Assembly (NCBI RefSeq): GCF_035942955.1
Contig: NZ_DASZCQ010000160.1
Coordinates: 18,878 to 82,877 of the forward strand
Reading direction: 5' to 3'
DNA: 64,000 nucleotides
DNA from: Actinophytocola sp.
Lineage (GTDB): Bacteria > Actinomycetota > Actinomycetes > Mycobacteriales > Pseudonocardiaceae
This document shows, one piece after another, positions 29,584 to 39,800 of this stretch. A model generated the notes under the pieces. That model was not told where the DNA came from. It searched no databases and saw nothing but the letters and a program-made list of their open reading frames with translations. Position 1 is the stretch's first letter. The number at the start of each line of letters is the position of its first letter. A program made the position numbers and the translations under genes.

Positions 29584-29596
29584 CGTTCAAGTCCTC
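29584..29596 (+). repeat. copy of the tRNA-Val T-arm core (cGTTCAAGTCCTc), candidate att remnant
   Basis: The 11-mer GTTCAAGTCCT is identical to 26790-26800, and the 13-mer is identical to 51827-51839. It lies ~170 nt from the integrase remnant. Confidence 0.3.
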
Positions 29597-29764
29597 GGAG
29601 CGCTTCGCCCAGCTCATGCAGGAGGTCGGAGCGGTTGGAACAAGCAATAAGAAGGCCGACTGTTTCGCAGGTCGTGGGCGCCTTTGGGATCCGCCGTTCG
29701 TGCCCCGTCTTGCCCGCGACCGTCGATTTGCCGTCGAAACTCGTCTCCCGCGGTCGGGGTTTGA

Positions 29765-30076
29765 TCATCTCCAGTACCTCGGCGCCTGTTTCGGTCGTCG
29801 TGGCGGTGCGATGTAGTGCTTCTCGGCCACCGCCCTGGTGTTGCCGAGCTGCTCAGCGATGTCCTCGGAACCGCGATCGACTGAGGGAACAGCGGGCCGG
29901 GCGCCGGCTGAGGCTTTTCGCCGCAACCACATGTCCTCCGACCGGCTCGGCACACGCACGAGAATCCCGGGGCGTTTGCTTGTGCGGCGGCCCGGCACCC
30001 GGTGGATGTTCTTGCCGCTGTCGACCACGAGGTGAGCATTGATGTAGGCCGGCCATGAGGCTGAGAACGTTGACAA
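29765..30076 (-). pseudogene. tyrosine recombinase/integrase C-terminal remnant
   Basis: 'RGSEDIAEQLGNTRAVAEKHYIAP' resembles the integrase C-terminal box (..I...LGH......Y). Upstream integrase motifs are missing or frameshifted. Confidence 0.4.
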
Positions 30077-30164
30077 CCCGTGCTGGGAATCCCACGAATG
30101 GACACCATGGTGCGGCGGTTGCCGACGCAGCGCCGGACGAGCCGGAGTGATGAGGATCCCATTA

Positions 30165-32297
30165 TCAGGGAGTCGTTTGGTACTCGCGCATTGTCCGGGT
30201 TGGCAGCAGGGTTCGCGGGTCGAGGAGGCGGCTTAGGCGGCGGCCGAAACTCATGCCCTTGTGCAGTTCGGTGCGAATGGCGTCGTTGCATTGCCAGGCG
30301 AGTTCCGCGGCGTGGTCGAGGATTCCTTCCGGGGAGTAGGCAGCCCGGTCCACGATCTCGGCCAGTGGCCGCAGAAAGGGTTGCAGCGGACCGTGGACGA
30401 CCCCGATCACCTGGCCGGTGGTCGACCGGGGGCCGACGGGGATTCCGGCCCAACGCAGAGCGTCTATCGTGTCGCGCCAGGCCGCGATGGTGCGGCGGCG
30501 CGGGGTTCCGTTGTTACGGGCCCGTCGTCGCCGCACGATCCGGACGAGCGGAATCAGCCCGAGGCACAGGACCAGCGCGATGGCGACGATCGTGGCGAGG
30601 GTCGCCAAGCCGGACATGGAGTTGGCTGGCTGGGAAGAGAGATCGCCCTGGGCGTCGGCGGTGGCATCGGGTGGTTCCTCGGGAACCTGCTGGTCGGGCG
30701 ATGGTATGTCGTCGAGGGCGTCGGCCGGTGTGGGTTGCTGGACGGTCTTGCCTTGCCCATCAATGGATTGGGTCGGGCTCGGGTTGACCGGAATCCAGCC
30801 CAGCCGTTGGAACCGTACCTCGGCCCAGGCGAACACGTTCGCGCCACGGATGTGTAGGCGGTCTCCGTCCCAGGTCGGGCGGAATCCGAGGACGACGCGC
30901 GCGTCCCAGCCTAGATGGCGACTCAGCAGCGCGAACATCGAGGCGTACTGCTCGCTGGTGCCTCGTTTGGTGTTCACCAGGTCGGTGATCTGGCGTACCC
31001 CGTGGCCGCCGCGGGCCTGCGGGGAGTTGTCGTAGCTGAAGCCGCTGGTGCTCGTCATGGCCTGGTACAGGCCGAGCAACTGACCCAGACCGGCGGAACG
31101 TCCGGCTGTCGCGGTGTCGACGAACGCGAGCACCTCGGGCGGCAGCGGCAGGCGGCTTGCTTCGCTGGTGGCCGGGTCGTCGATGCCGACGTCGTTCGCC
31201 TCGAGGATGGGCTCGCGGCCGGTGATGCGGTAGGCGGCGGGAGTGTTCCGGTCGGCGGGCACCACGACATCACCGCTGGTGGCGTCGAATCCGAGGTCCG
31301 CCACGCTGATCTGGGTCGGCCGGCCAACGCGGGGTAGCCATCCGACGCTGTCGGGCGTCAGCACTTGCAGGTCGAGTGAGACGTCCCGGGTCGGGACCGC
31401 GGAGTCGGGAGTGGACAGCCGGGTACCGGCCCGCCGGTAGCTGGCTCCGATCGTCCAGGTCTGGCCGTCGAACCGGTCGAGCGTCACCATGCGGATGAGC
31501 TCGAGCCGCTCGCTCGCGGTGCCGGCGATCTCCAATGGCAGGAGGTTGTCCCGCAGCGCGAGGTAGCGCGCCATCGGATTCGTGTCCTCTTTGGGCAGCA
31601 CGGGCGCATCGACCAGAGCCTGCAGGCTGGTCGGGGGACGGTCGGCGGCGACGAGTGGCCCCAGCACGAGTCCGGACGCGGTCGCGATGAGCACGACCGC
31701 GGCGCCGGTCACCAGTCGCCCTTTCCCGAGTGCTCCCGCGAGCGCGGCTTCCCGGCCGGCCAGCACGACCGCCATGGCGACGACGGCGAAGACCGGCCCG
31801 TACCATGCGGCCGGTGCGCCGACGGTCGCGCTCAGCCCGAGACCGAGCAGCAGGCAGCACAGCGGGGGGAGCAGCGGCAGCCAGGCATTCCGCGGGCCCA
31901 GCGCCAGCCGGACGGCGATCAGCGCGGTGAAGCCGGCGATGGTCGAAATGGTTGCCAGTTCCGGACCGGATGGATCCACCGGGAGTGTCCCGGTCAGCAA
32001 CCGGGACGGTCCGAGCCGCACGTCCGCACCCGGCCTGGTCGCCAGCGCGACCGCGATGGCCACCGACAGCACGGCCAGCGCCACCGGGCCGTTGCCAAGG
32101 GCACGCCGGCCGAGCGGCACCGCAAGGCATCCCCAGCCGGCGGCCACCGCGACGGGCGCCAGGATCGCCAGGAGCAGCGGCGGTTCCGCGCCGTCGCCGA
32201 AGGTGGCCCGGAATGACCAGGCGGACAGTGCCGACAGCCCGGCCGCGAGGACGACTCGGACGAGGGCAATGCCCCGGCCGCCAAGCATCGCTGACAT
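30165..32297 (-). CDS. transglutaminase-like polytopic membrane protein (TgpA/DUF3488-like) with substituted catalytic triad
   Basis: From ORF 30165..32333. The ATG at 32297 overlaps the DUF58 stop (TGATG); the alternative start is 32333. It has N-terminal TM helices, a core 'KRGTSEQYASMFALLSRHLGWDARVVLGF...FAWAEV...WIPVNPSP', and a C-terminal TM. Confidence 0.8.
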   Translation of the reverse strand: MSAMLGGRGIALVRVVLAAGLSALSAWSFRATFGDGAEPPLLLAILAPVAVAAGWGCLAVPLGRRALGNGPVALAVLSVAIAVALATRPGADVRLGPSRLLTGTLPVDPSGPELATISTIAGFTALIAVRLALGPRNAWLPLLPPLCCLLLGLGLSATVGAPAAWYGPVFAVVAMAVVLAGREAALAGALGKGRLVTGAAVVLIATASGLVLGPLVAADRPPTSLQALVDAPVLPKEDTNPMARYLALRDNLLPLEIAGTASERLELIRMVTLDRFDGQTWTIGASYRRAGTRLSTPDSAVPTRDVSLDLQVLTPDSVGWLPRVGRPTQISVADLGFDATSGDVVVPADRNTPAAYRITGREPILEANDVGIDDPATSEASRLPLPPEVLAFVDTATAGRSAGLGQLLGLYQAMTSTSGFSYDNSPQARGGHGVRQITDLVNTKRGTSEQYASMFALLSRHLGWDARVVLGFRPTWDGDRLHIRGANVFAWAEVRFQRLGWIPVNPSPTQSIDGQGKTVQQPTPADALDDIPSPDQQVPEEPPDATADAQGDLSSQPANSMSGLATLATIVAIALVLCLGLIPLVRIVRRRRARNNGTPRRRTIAAWRDTIDALRWAGIPVGPRSTTGQVIGVVHGPLQPFLRPLAEIVDRAAYSPEGILDHAAELAWQCNDAIRTELHKGMSFGRRLSRLLDPRTLLPTRTMREYQTTP

Positions 32298-33466
32298 CAG
32301 CCCGCCACCCCACCGAGCACGAAATGGTTCCATGCCGCCATCGCCTCGGCGCCGGTTCGGCCGCTCAGCACGACCATCCCGGGCCGGCGGTACGGCGCCG
32401 GCAACGGCAGGCCCGCGGCCACGACCGTGATCACGACGACCGGCGCGAAGCGGCGGCGCTGTTCGGCCAGCCGGGCGACCACGGCCGGCTCGCCCGCTCC
32501 GGTGACGACGACCAGCGCACCGCCCGGTTCGGCTCGGTCCACCTCTTCCAGCAGGTGCACGGGTTCGGCATCCGGTTCGCGGACCGCTGCGGCCAGTCTG
32601 TCCAAGAGCGACACCGCGCCGGCGGCGATCACCGCGGGCACATCCTCGCCGAGGATCTGGATCCGGGCCGGCCGGCCACCGTCGACCGTGCCCTGCGCCA
32701 CCGATGCGGCCACCTCAACGGCGTGTTCGAACATCGCCGCGTCGAGCACCGACGACCGGGTGTCCAGGACGATGGTGACCGCCGGCTCCATGGTGTCCGT
32801 GGACTCCCGCACGATCAGTTGTCCGGTGTGGGCGGTGGAGCGCCAGTGGATCCGGCGTGGATCATCGCCGGGGACGTACTCCCGCAGCGAGGAGAACCAG
32901 GTCGTGCCGGCCTTCGACAGCTCGGCCCGGCCTTCGAAGTCGGGCACCGTCCCCACCGGTACGGGATACGACGGATGGACCCGGGGATGCACCCAGAGCA
33001 CGCCCGTGTCGCGATGCAGCTGCGCGCGGCGGAACAGGCCGAACGGATCCTGCCGTTCGACGCTCAACGGTCCCAGGGGCAACCGTCCCCGGCGATCGGT
33101 GGGGATGGGGTAGTGCACGGTGCGGGACCCGCCGGCTCGGAGGACGGGCACCTGTATCCCATGTGGACGGTCATCGACCCGGTCCACCACGACCATGGCG
33201 GGCAACGGCCACCGGGCCAGGTTGCGCACGACCAGCCGGCCCGCGGCGGGCTCGCCCACGCTGATCCGGTCCGGCGCCACGCTTCGGGTCAGCCGCAGGC
33301 TCGGCCGGACCACCACGGTGACCCCGGCCAGTGCGAGGACGGCAAGGCCGGTCAGGCCGAGCGTCACCAGCACCGGGTACCCCCAGGCCCGACCGACCAG
33401 CCCCAAGATCACGGCGGCGGCCACGACGCACCAGCCGCTGCCGGTCAGCGGAATCCGGCGGCTCAT
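32297..33466 (-). CDS. DUF58 domain-containing protein (vWA-like partner of MoxR)
   Basis: The start is the internal ATG of ORF 32297..33832, 2 nt after the moxR stop. It has two N-terminal TM helices and 'REYVPGDDPRRIHWRSTAHTGQLIVRE'. Confidence 0.85.
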   Translation of the reverse strand: MSRRIPLTGSGWCVVAAAVILGLVGRAWGYPVLVTLGLTGLAVLALAGVTVVVRPSLRLTRSVAPDRISVGEPAAGRLVVRNLARWPLPAMVVVDRVDDRPHGIQVPVLRAGGSRTVHYPIPTDRRGRLPLGPLSVERQDPFGLFRRAQLHRDTGVLWVHPRVHPSYPVPVGTVPDFEGRAELSKAGTTWFSSLREYVPGDDPRRIHWRSTAHTGQLIVRESTDTMEPAVTIVLDTRSSVLDAAMFEHAVEVAASVAQGTVDGGRPARIQILGEDVPAVIAAGAVSLLDRLAAAVREPDAEPVHLLEEVDRAEPGGALVVVTGAGEPAVVARLAEQRRRFAPVVVITVVAAGLPLPAPYRRPGMVVLSGRTGAEAMAAWNHFVLGGVAG

Positions 33467-33468
33467 GA

Positions 33469-34464
33469 TCAGCCGACCGCCGCCGGCGCCGGGGCCGGGA
33501 CCGAGGCCATGATCTCGGCGAGGATGTCGCCGGTCTTGATGCCGTGCACCTCCGCCTGTGCGGTGAGCACGAGCCGGTGGGCGAGCACGGGCGCGGCGAC
33601 CGCGCGCACGTCGTCCGGCACGACGAAGTGCCGACCGAGGCCGAGCGCGAACGCCTGGGCCGCGCGCAACAGGGCGAGGCTGCCACGGGTGCTCATGCCC
33701 AGCCGCAGGGCCTTGTGCTCCCGGGTGGCGTGCGCCAGCAACGCCACGTAGCGGACGACCTCCGGCGCCGCGTAGATCGACGAGGCCACCTGGTGCTGCA
33801 GCGCGGCGATCTGGTCGAGGCTGGCGACGCACCGCACGGCGGGCGCGGCGGCCTGCGCGCGGCCGGTCAGGATCTCGGTTTCGACGTCCAGATTCGGGTG
33901 GCCCAACGAGATCCGCATGAGGAACCGGTCCAGCTGCGCCTCGGGGAGCTGGTAGGTGCCTTCGAGATCGATCGGATTCTGCGTGGCGACGACGAGAAAT
34001 GGGGTGGGGACCGGACGGCCGCGCCCGTCCACCGTCACCTGGCCCTCCTCCATGACCTCGAGCAGGGCGGACTGCGTCTTCGGACTGGCCCGGTTGATCT
34101 CGTCGGCCAGCACGATGTTGGCGAACACCGGGCCGGGACGGAAGGTGAACTCCTGCTCGCCCTGATTCCAGACCGAGACGCCGGTGATGTCACCGGGCAG
34201 CAGGTCGGGCGTGAACTGGATCCGTTGCCAGCTGCCGGCGATGCTGGTGGCCAGCGCCTTGGCCAGCGACGTCTTGCCGGTGCCGGGCACGTCCTCGATC
34301 AGCAGGTGGCCGTTGGCGAACAGGCAGGCCAGGGCCAGCCGGACGGCCGCGGTCTTGCCGCGGATGGCACGTTCGACCTCCGCGAGCACGGCGTCGTGCA
34401 CGCTGCGGAACATCTGCTGCGGATCGCCCGGGATCACGGCGGGCGCGGTGTGCTGGTTGGTCAC
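33469..34464 (-). CDS. moxR: MoxR-family AAA+ ATPase
   Basis: From ORF 33469..35487; a GTG at 34464 follows AAGGAAA. Motifs: Walker A 'GTGKTS', Walker B 'LADEINRA', 'ATQNPIDLEGTYQLPEAQLDRF'. Confidence 0.9.
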   Translation of the reverse strand: MTNQHTAPAVIPGDPQQMFRSVHDAVLAEVERAIRGKTAAVRLALACLFANGHLLIEDVPGTGKTSLAKALATSIAGSWQRIQFTPDLLPGDITGVSVWNQGEQEFTFRPGPVFANIVLADEINRASPKTQSALLEVMEEGQVTVDGRGRPVPTPFLVVATQNPIDLEGTYQLPEAQLDRFLMRISLGHPNLDVETEILTGRAQAAAPAVRCVASLDQIAALQHQVASSIYAAPEVVRYVALLAHATREHKALRLGMSTRGSLALLRAAQAFALGLGRHFVVPDDVRAVAAPVLAHRLVLTAQAEVHGIKTGDILAEIMASVPAPAPAAVG

Positions 34465-34490
34465 GGATTTCCTTGGGATTGGTTGGGGTT

Positions 34491-36851
34491 TCAGCGCGGC
34501 AGGCAGGCCGGTCCGGCCGATGGTTCGGAGGGAGTGGTCACGCCGAGCGCGATCACGACGTAGCAGGCGGATGGCAGCGGATCGAGGTCCGGGAAGCTGA
34601 CGATGGCGCTGGGCACCGAATCGAGCAACTGTCCATTGCGGAGGATGACGAACGAGGTCAGTCCAGGCAGCTCGCGGGATTCGGGCGGCCAGGACAGCGT
34701 GACCCGCCCATCCGCGGTGTCGATCCGCACCGGCACCTTGTGGTCGGTACCGGGGAGCGTGGTCGTGGTGGGGGGCGGGGTGATCCGATCGGTGGAGTCG
34801 CGCTGGCCGACCCAGATTCCCACGCCGATGCCCAGAGCGGCGACCAGCCCGGCGATGGCGGTCAGCACCAGCCAGCGCCGCCGGGCCCGCCGGCGGTCCG
34901 GCGGCTCGGCGGGACGGGGATGCGGCGGATGGGCGCTGATCTCGGTCGGCGTCACTCCGGAGTGGACGGTGGCGTGCGGGTCGACCGGCTGCGGCGCCAC
35001 GTCGGGGGAGCTCAGCCAGGGCGGTTCCGCCGGCACGGCGATGCGCACGGTGCTCTCCGCGTCGATGACCGGGACCGGTTGAGCCGGTCCCGTCAGCAGG
35101 AGCTCCCTTGCCAGGTCGCTGAGCACCTCGGAGGCTTCGAGCGCGGTGGGGCGTCCGCGCGGATCCTTGGCCAGGCACGCCGCGAGAAACGACCACGCCG
35201 CCTCGGGCAGGTCCGGCGGGCGGGGCGGCGTGCGCAGCTGGTGCTGCCGGAGGATGTCCTCCGTGCTGCCGGCGAACGGGCGGTGTCCGGCCAGCACCTC
35301 GTACGTGGTGATGCCCAGCGCGTAGATGTCGCTGGCCGGGGTCGGCGACTCCCGGTTGACCAGCTCGGGTGCGATGTAGGGCGGTGAGCCGGGCAGATAG
35401 CCGAGTTGGGTGACCGGGGCTCCGTCGACCGCCTTCACCAGACCGAAATCGGTGAGCAGTGCCCGAGTCCGGCCATTCTGCTCGCACACCAGGATGTTCG
35501 CCGGCTTGAGGTCGCGATGGACGACGCCGCTCGCGTGCACGGCGGTCAGCCCGGAGGCGACCTCGGACAGCAGCCGCAGGCCCTCGGCCCGGTCGAGCTC
35601 CCCGGCCACCAGCAGCCGCCGCAGGTCGGTGCCCTCGACCAGGTCCATGATGACGGCCGCTTCGCCCTTGCCCTTGGCGATGTAGAGGTCACGCACCCGC
35701 ACCAGGTGCGGGTGGTCCAGGTCCTGCACCACCGATGCCTCGCGCACCAGCCGCATCAGGCTGTCGGGATCGGTGACCAGGTCCGGACGCAGCAGCTTGG
35801 CGGCCACGAGCATCCCGTCGGCTCGCCGCCGAGCCCGCCACACGGTGCCCATGCCGCCCTCGCCGATCCTCGCCAGCAGCTCGTACTCGCCGCCCAGCGA
35901 TCGCGGAAGTTCGGCGCCACGGTGCTCCGAGGGCACGGTGCTCCGGACGTCTATTGTGGACTGCGGATCCCGCAGGTGCTTGGCGAAAGCGGCCACCGAC
36001 GGTGGTCGGGAGCCCGGTTCGCTGGACAGCGCCCACCGCAACGCGGTGGTGAACTTCGCCGCGGCCTCGGGCAACTGGCCCACCGGGCTCTGCCCGGCGA
36101 ACAGCACCCGCTCGGCCCGGCTGCCGGAGAACGGTGGCCGGCCGCTGAGCAGGGTCCACAGCGTGGAGGCCAAGGCGTAGACCTCGCCGGCCGGCGTCCA
36201 GTCCTGCCCGGCGAGCTGCTCCGGTGGCTCGTGGCCGGTGCCCTCCGTGGTGGCCGCGGCAATCTCGGCGAGCGCCGGCAGCAGCGGGCAGTCCAGCACG
36301 ACGTGGCCGGTGGGCTGACGCAGCAGCGCGGCCGGGCTGATCGCCTGATGGACGGTGTCGTTGCGATGCAACAACTCCAGCCCGCTCGCGGCAGCCAGGA
36401 CGGCCTGCAGCGCCTCGGCGACGGGGAGCGGCCCGCGGGCGGCGAGCTCGTCGGCGAGCGACCGTCCTCGTCGAGCGGTGACCAGAACCGGGCGGCCGCC
36501 GGCATCCCGATCATGGTGCAGTAGCGGAAGAACGAAGGGGTTGCGGCTGACGGCGAGCACATTGTCCAGTGCCGCGGCCTCGTCCCGAACGCGCCGCAGC
36601 TGCGTCCGGTCCAGCTTGGCCACGACGACTCGCACGGTGACTTCGGTTCCGTCGTCCCGGATCGCCGGAGCGACCGCGAACAACCCGTCGTCGGTTGGTT
36701 CGCTCAACAGGCGGTAGCCGTCAAGCGGTCCGGCGGCCACTCCTGCGCCACCCCCACGAGAAAACGTCGATCTACCAACGCCGAACACATCACGCACGGC
36801 GTGCGGGCCGTTACACAGTACCCGCGGCCGGTGGTCGATCGTCGCGGTCAT
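34491..36851 (-). CDS. membrane Ser/Thr protein kinase with N-terminal pseudokinase domain, canonical kinase domain, one TM helix and an Fn3-like ectodomain
   Basis: ORF of 786 aa. The active domain has 'GEGGMGTVW', 'VAAKLL', 'HRDLKPANIL', 'DFGL', 'SPPYIAPE'. The N-domain has 'HQAISPAALL' and 'LDCPL' instead. The TM helix is 'WLVLTAIAGLVAALGIGVGIWVG'. Confidence 0.85.
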   Translation of the reverse strand: MTATIDHRPRVLCNGPHAVRDVFGVGRSTFSRGGGAGVAAGPLDGYRLLSEPTDDGLFAVAPAIRDDGTEVTVRVVVAKLDRTQLRRVRDEAAALDNVLAVSRNPFVLPLLHHDRDAGGRPVLVTARRGRSLADELAARGPLPVAEALQAVLAAASGLELLHRNDTVHQAISPAALLRQPTGHVVLDCPLLPALAEIAAATTEGTGHEPPEQLAGQDWTPAGEVYALASTLWTLLSGRPPFSGSRAERVLFAGQSPVGQLPEAAAKFTTALRWALSSEPGSRPPSVAAFAKHLRDPQSTIDVRSTVPSEHRGAELPRSLGGEYELLARIGEGGMGTVWRARRRADGMLVAAKLLRPDLVTDPDSLMRLVREASVVQDLDHPHLVRVRDLYIAKGKGEAAVIMDLVEGTDLRRLLVAGELDRAEGLRLLSEVASGLTAVHASGVVHRDLKPANILVCEQNGRTRALLTDFGLVKAVDGAPVTQLGYLPGSPPYIAPELVNRESPTPASDIYALGITTYEVLAGHRPFAGSTEDILRQHQLRTPPRPPDLPEAAWSFLAACLAKDPRGRPTALEASEVLSDLARELLLTGPAQPVPVIDAESTVRIAVPAEPPWLSSPDVAPQPVDPHATVHSGVTPTEISAHPPHPRPAEPPDRRRARRRWLVLTAIAGLVAALGIGVGIWVGQRDSTDRITPPPTTTTLPGTDHKVPVRIDTADGRVTLSWPPESRELPGLTSFVILRNGQLLDSVPSAIVSFPDLDPLPSACYVVIALGVTTPSEPSAGPACLPR

Positions 36852-39800
36852 CGGGCATCACCCGGCCCACCAACCAGGTCCTCGGTCAGGTGCAGCGGCA
36901 CCTGCGCCAACGTAGCCTGTCCACGAAGCACCAGTAGACCGCGCCCGGGTGGCCAGCCGCCCGCCATGGACCGGGACAGCCGCACGTCGAAGACCTCGCC
37001 GGCGAGATGGCTCGCCGGGTTGAGCAGCAGCCCGCTGCGCGCCCGGCGGGCCTGGGCCAGCCACCCGCGATACCGGTTGATCAACAGGTCGTCGGTCGTG
37101 GCCGCCGCCACGAGCACCGACCCGGTCTCCCGTGCCTCGAGGAGGAAACGTTCCAACGCCTCGCCCAGCGCAAGCTCGTCGACCAGCTCGCCGTCGTCAA
37201 CGACCACGGCGACCGGACCGCCGGCGGACAGGACCAGATCGTCGAACTCCGCCGGGGCCGCGCCGGTGGTCACGCCGAGCACACCGGCCAGGTCGGCCAC
37301 CTGCCGCAGCGGCGACGGCCGCGGTGTCACCAGCACGACCGGAAGCCGGCCGTCGGGACGGCCGGCAAGGCCGTGCACGATGGTGGCCAGCGTGCTGGAC
37401 CGTCCCGATCGGCCAGGACCGGCGACGACGAACGTTCCACCGACCTCGGCGAGATCGACGTCGACCGGGCCCGCGTGGTCTCCGCCGACGGCCGGAGTGC
37501 AGACGGTGGCGGCCGGCGACCGGGTGGCTCCCCTGAGCGCCTCGGCCTCGGCGATGGAGATCCGGTCCGGCAGCGGATCTATGCGGTGCGGCAACAACGC
37601 CGGGTCCAGGTCGTCCGCAGCGGCGCGCAGGCGTGCGGCGAGCCCGGCCAGCGCCCGGATCTGTGCGGCCCCGGACGGGTCTGCGTCGAGGAGCGGGAGC
37701 TGGACCTCCTCTCCGGCGGCCGTCCAGATCGCCCGGCCCGCCGGCATCCGGGCCGGCACGGCCCGCGGCGAAAGCCCGAAGACCGCGACGTCGTCCCGAT
37801 CCGCCTGGCGCAGCACCAACCGGTGCTCGATGGCGGTGGCGATCCGTGGTCCGAACGCGGTGCGGTCCGTGCTCAGCACCGTCACCAGCCCGACGGCCGG
37901 TCCCCGGCGCAGCAGTCCCTCCAGCAGCTCCACCAGGCGGCCGCCGTCGTGCTCGTCGAAGGCGGATCGGAATCCCTCCAACCGATCCAGCAGCAGGATC
38001 AGGTAGGGCAACCGGTCCGCCGGCGCGGCGGCCCGGCGTTGCTCGGCAAGACCGCTGTACCCGCCGGCCAGCACGCGTTGCCGGCGGCGCACCTCACCGT
38101 CCAGCCAGTCCAGCAGGCGCGCCACCCGCATCGAGTCCTCGGCATCCACAATGGCGCCGCTGTGCGGCAGCTCGGCGAGCGGCGCCAGGGCCCGATTGCC
38201 GCAGTCCAGGCCGTAGATGTGCACGGTGTCCGGTCCGGTGGCCGCGCACAGGCCGGCGGCGATGGCGCGCAACGCGGTGGAGCGACCGGTCCGCACCGTG
38301 CCACCCACTGCGATCGGCCCGGTCCGCTCGAGATCGAGCTCGAAGGCGTCCTGTGCCTGCGCGGTGGGCCGATCGACGAGTCCTAATAGGACACAGAGCG
38401 GCGGCCGTTGGGAACCCGGCGAGAGTTCCGCGGTGACGACGTCGGGCAGCGGCGGCAGCCACGGGCGCCGCGGACTGCTCAGGCCCAGCTGCCGCGCGGC
38501 CACTCGGCTCGCGGCCACGAGGGCGGTCAGATCGGTGTGCCCATCGGCGTCCACGTCGGCGGCCGCGCTCGCGCCCGCCCTGGGCGAGCGGCCGAGCTCC
38601 GTCGTCCGCCGGGGGCGCACGGACACCGGCTCCGGGCCCGGCGACTCGGCATCGGCGGCCCTGGGCCAGCCGACCCGGGCGGCCTGGAAGGCAGTCAGGT
38701 CGCCGTGGCCGGTGCGCAGGTATGCCCGGCCCGGTTGACGCGAGGTGATGCGGGCGGCATCCGGTGCGTCGATCACGTCCACCGACTCGCTCTCCGCGGT
38801 GACCCGCAAGCAGATCCTCAGGTTGAGGTTGGCCCGCAGGTCGGCGGTCACCACGCCGCCCGGACGCTGGGTGGCGAGCACCACGTGCACGCCGAGGCTT
38901 CGGCCGCGCATGCCGATGCCCACCACGCCCGGAACGAACTCCGGGACCTCCTCGATCAGCGAGGCGAACTCGTCCACCACGATCACCAGCCGGGGCAACC
39001 GGTCTCCGGTGCGGGCCCAGTAGTCGTCGATGTCCTTCGCCTCGGCGTCGGCGAGCAGCTTCTCCCGGCGGCGGAGCTCGGCCGACAGCGAGTCCAGCGC
39101 GCGGCCGACCAGGTGCCCGTCGAGGTCGGTGATCAACCCGACGCAGTGTGGAAGCTCCGCGCAGGCGGCGAATGCGCTCCCGCCCTTGTAGTCGACCAGG
39201 ACGAAGGTCAGCGCGTCGGGCATGTTGCGCACGGCCAGCGACGCGATCAGGGTCTGCAGCAGCTCGGATTTCCCGGCGCCCGACGTGCCGGCGATCAGCG
39301 CGTGCGGGCCGTCCCGGCGAAGGTCGACGGTGAGCGGCCCGGACGGGCCGACGCCAAGCACGGCCGTGGTGGACCGGCCCTCGGGTGAGCCCGCCCACGC
39401 CGCGCGGACCAGCTCGCCGTCGGTCTCCCGGCCCGAGATCGCCAGCCCGGCCAGCTCGGTGAACCGGACCCGCTCCGGCAGCGCCTCCGCACCCGCGGGC
39501 ACGCCGAGCGTGTCGAGCGGCGCCAGCGCCAGCGCCATCCGCATGGCGTGGCCCGGCTCGAGGCCGTCCACCAGGAGGTCCTCGATGACCGGCAGGTCGG
39601 CGCGACGCAGCCGGGCCCGGCTTCCGGACGGGCTGGTCAGCACGGCGGTCGCGCCGCATTCCGCCGGCAGCGCCGTCTCGTCGTCATCCAGGCAGAGGGC
39701 GTACACACCGGCGGTGGGCCCGTCGGCCAGCAGCTCGGCCAGCCCGGGCAGTCCGCGCATCCGCCGGGCGCCGTCCACGACGACGAGGAACTCCCGGCCG

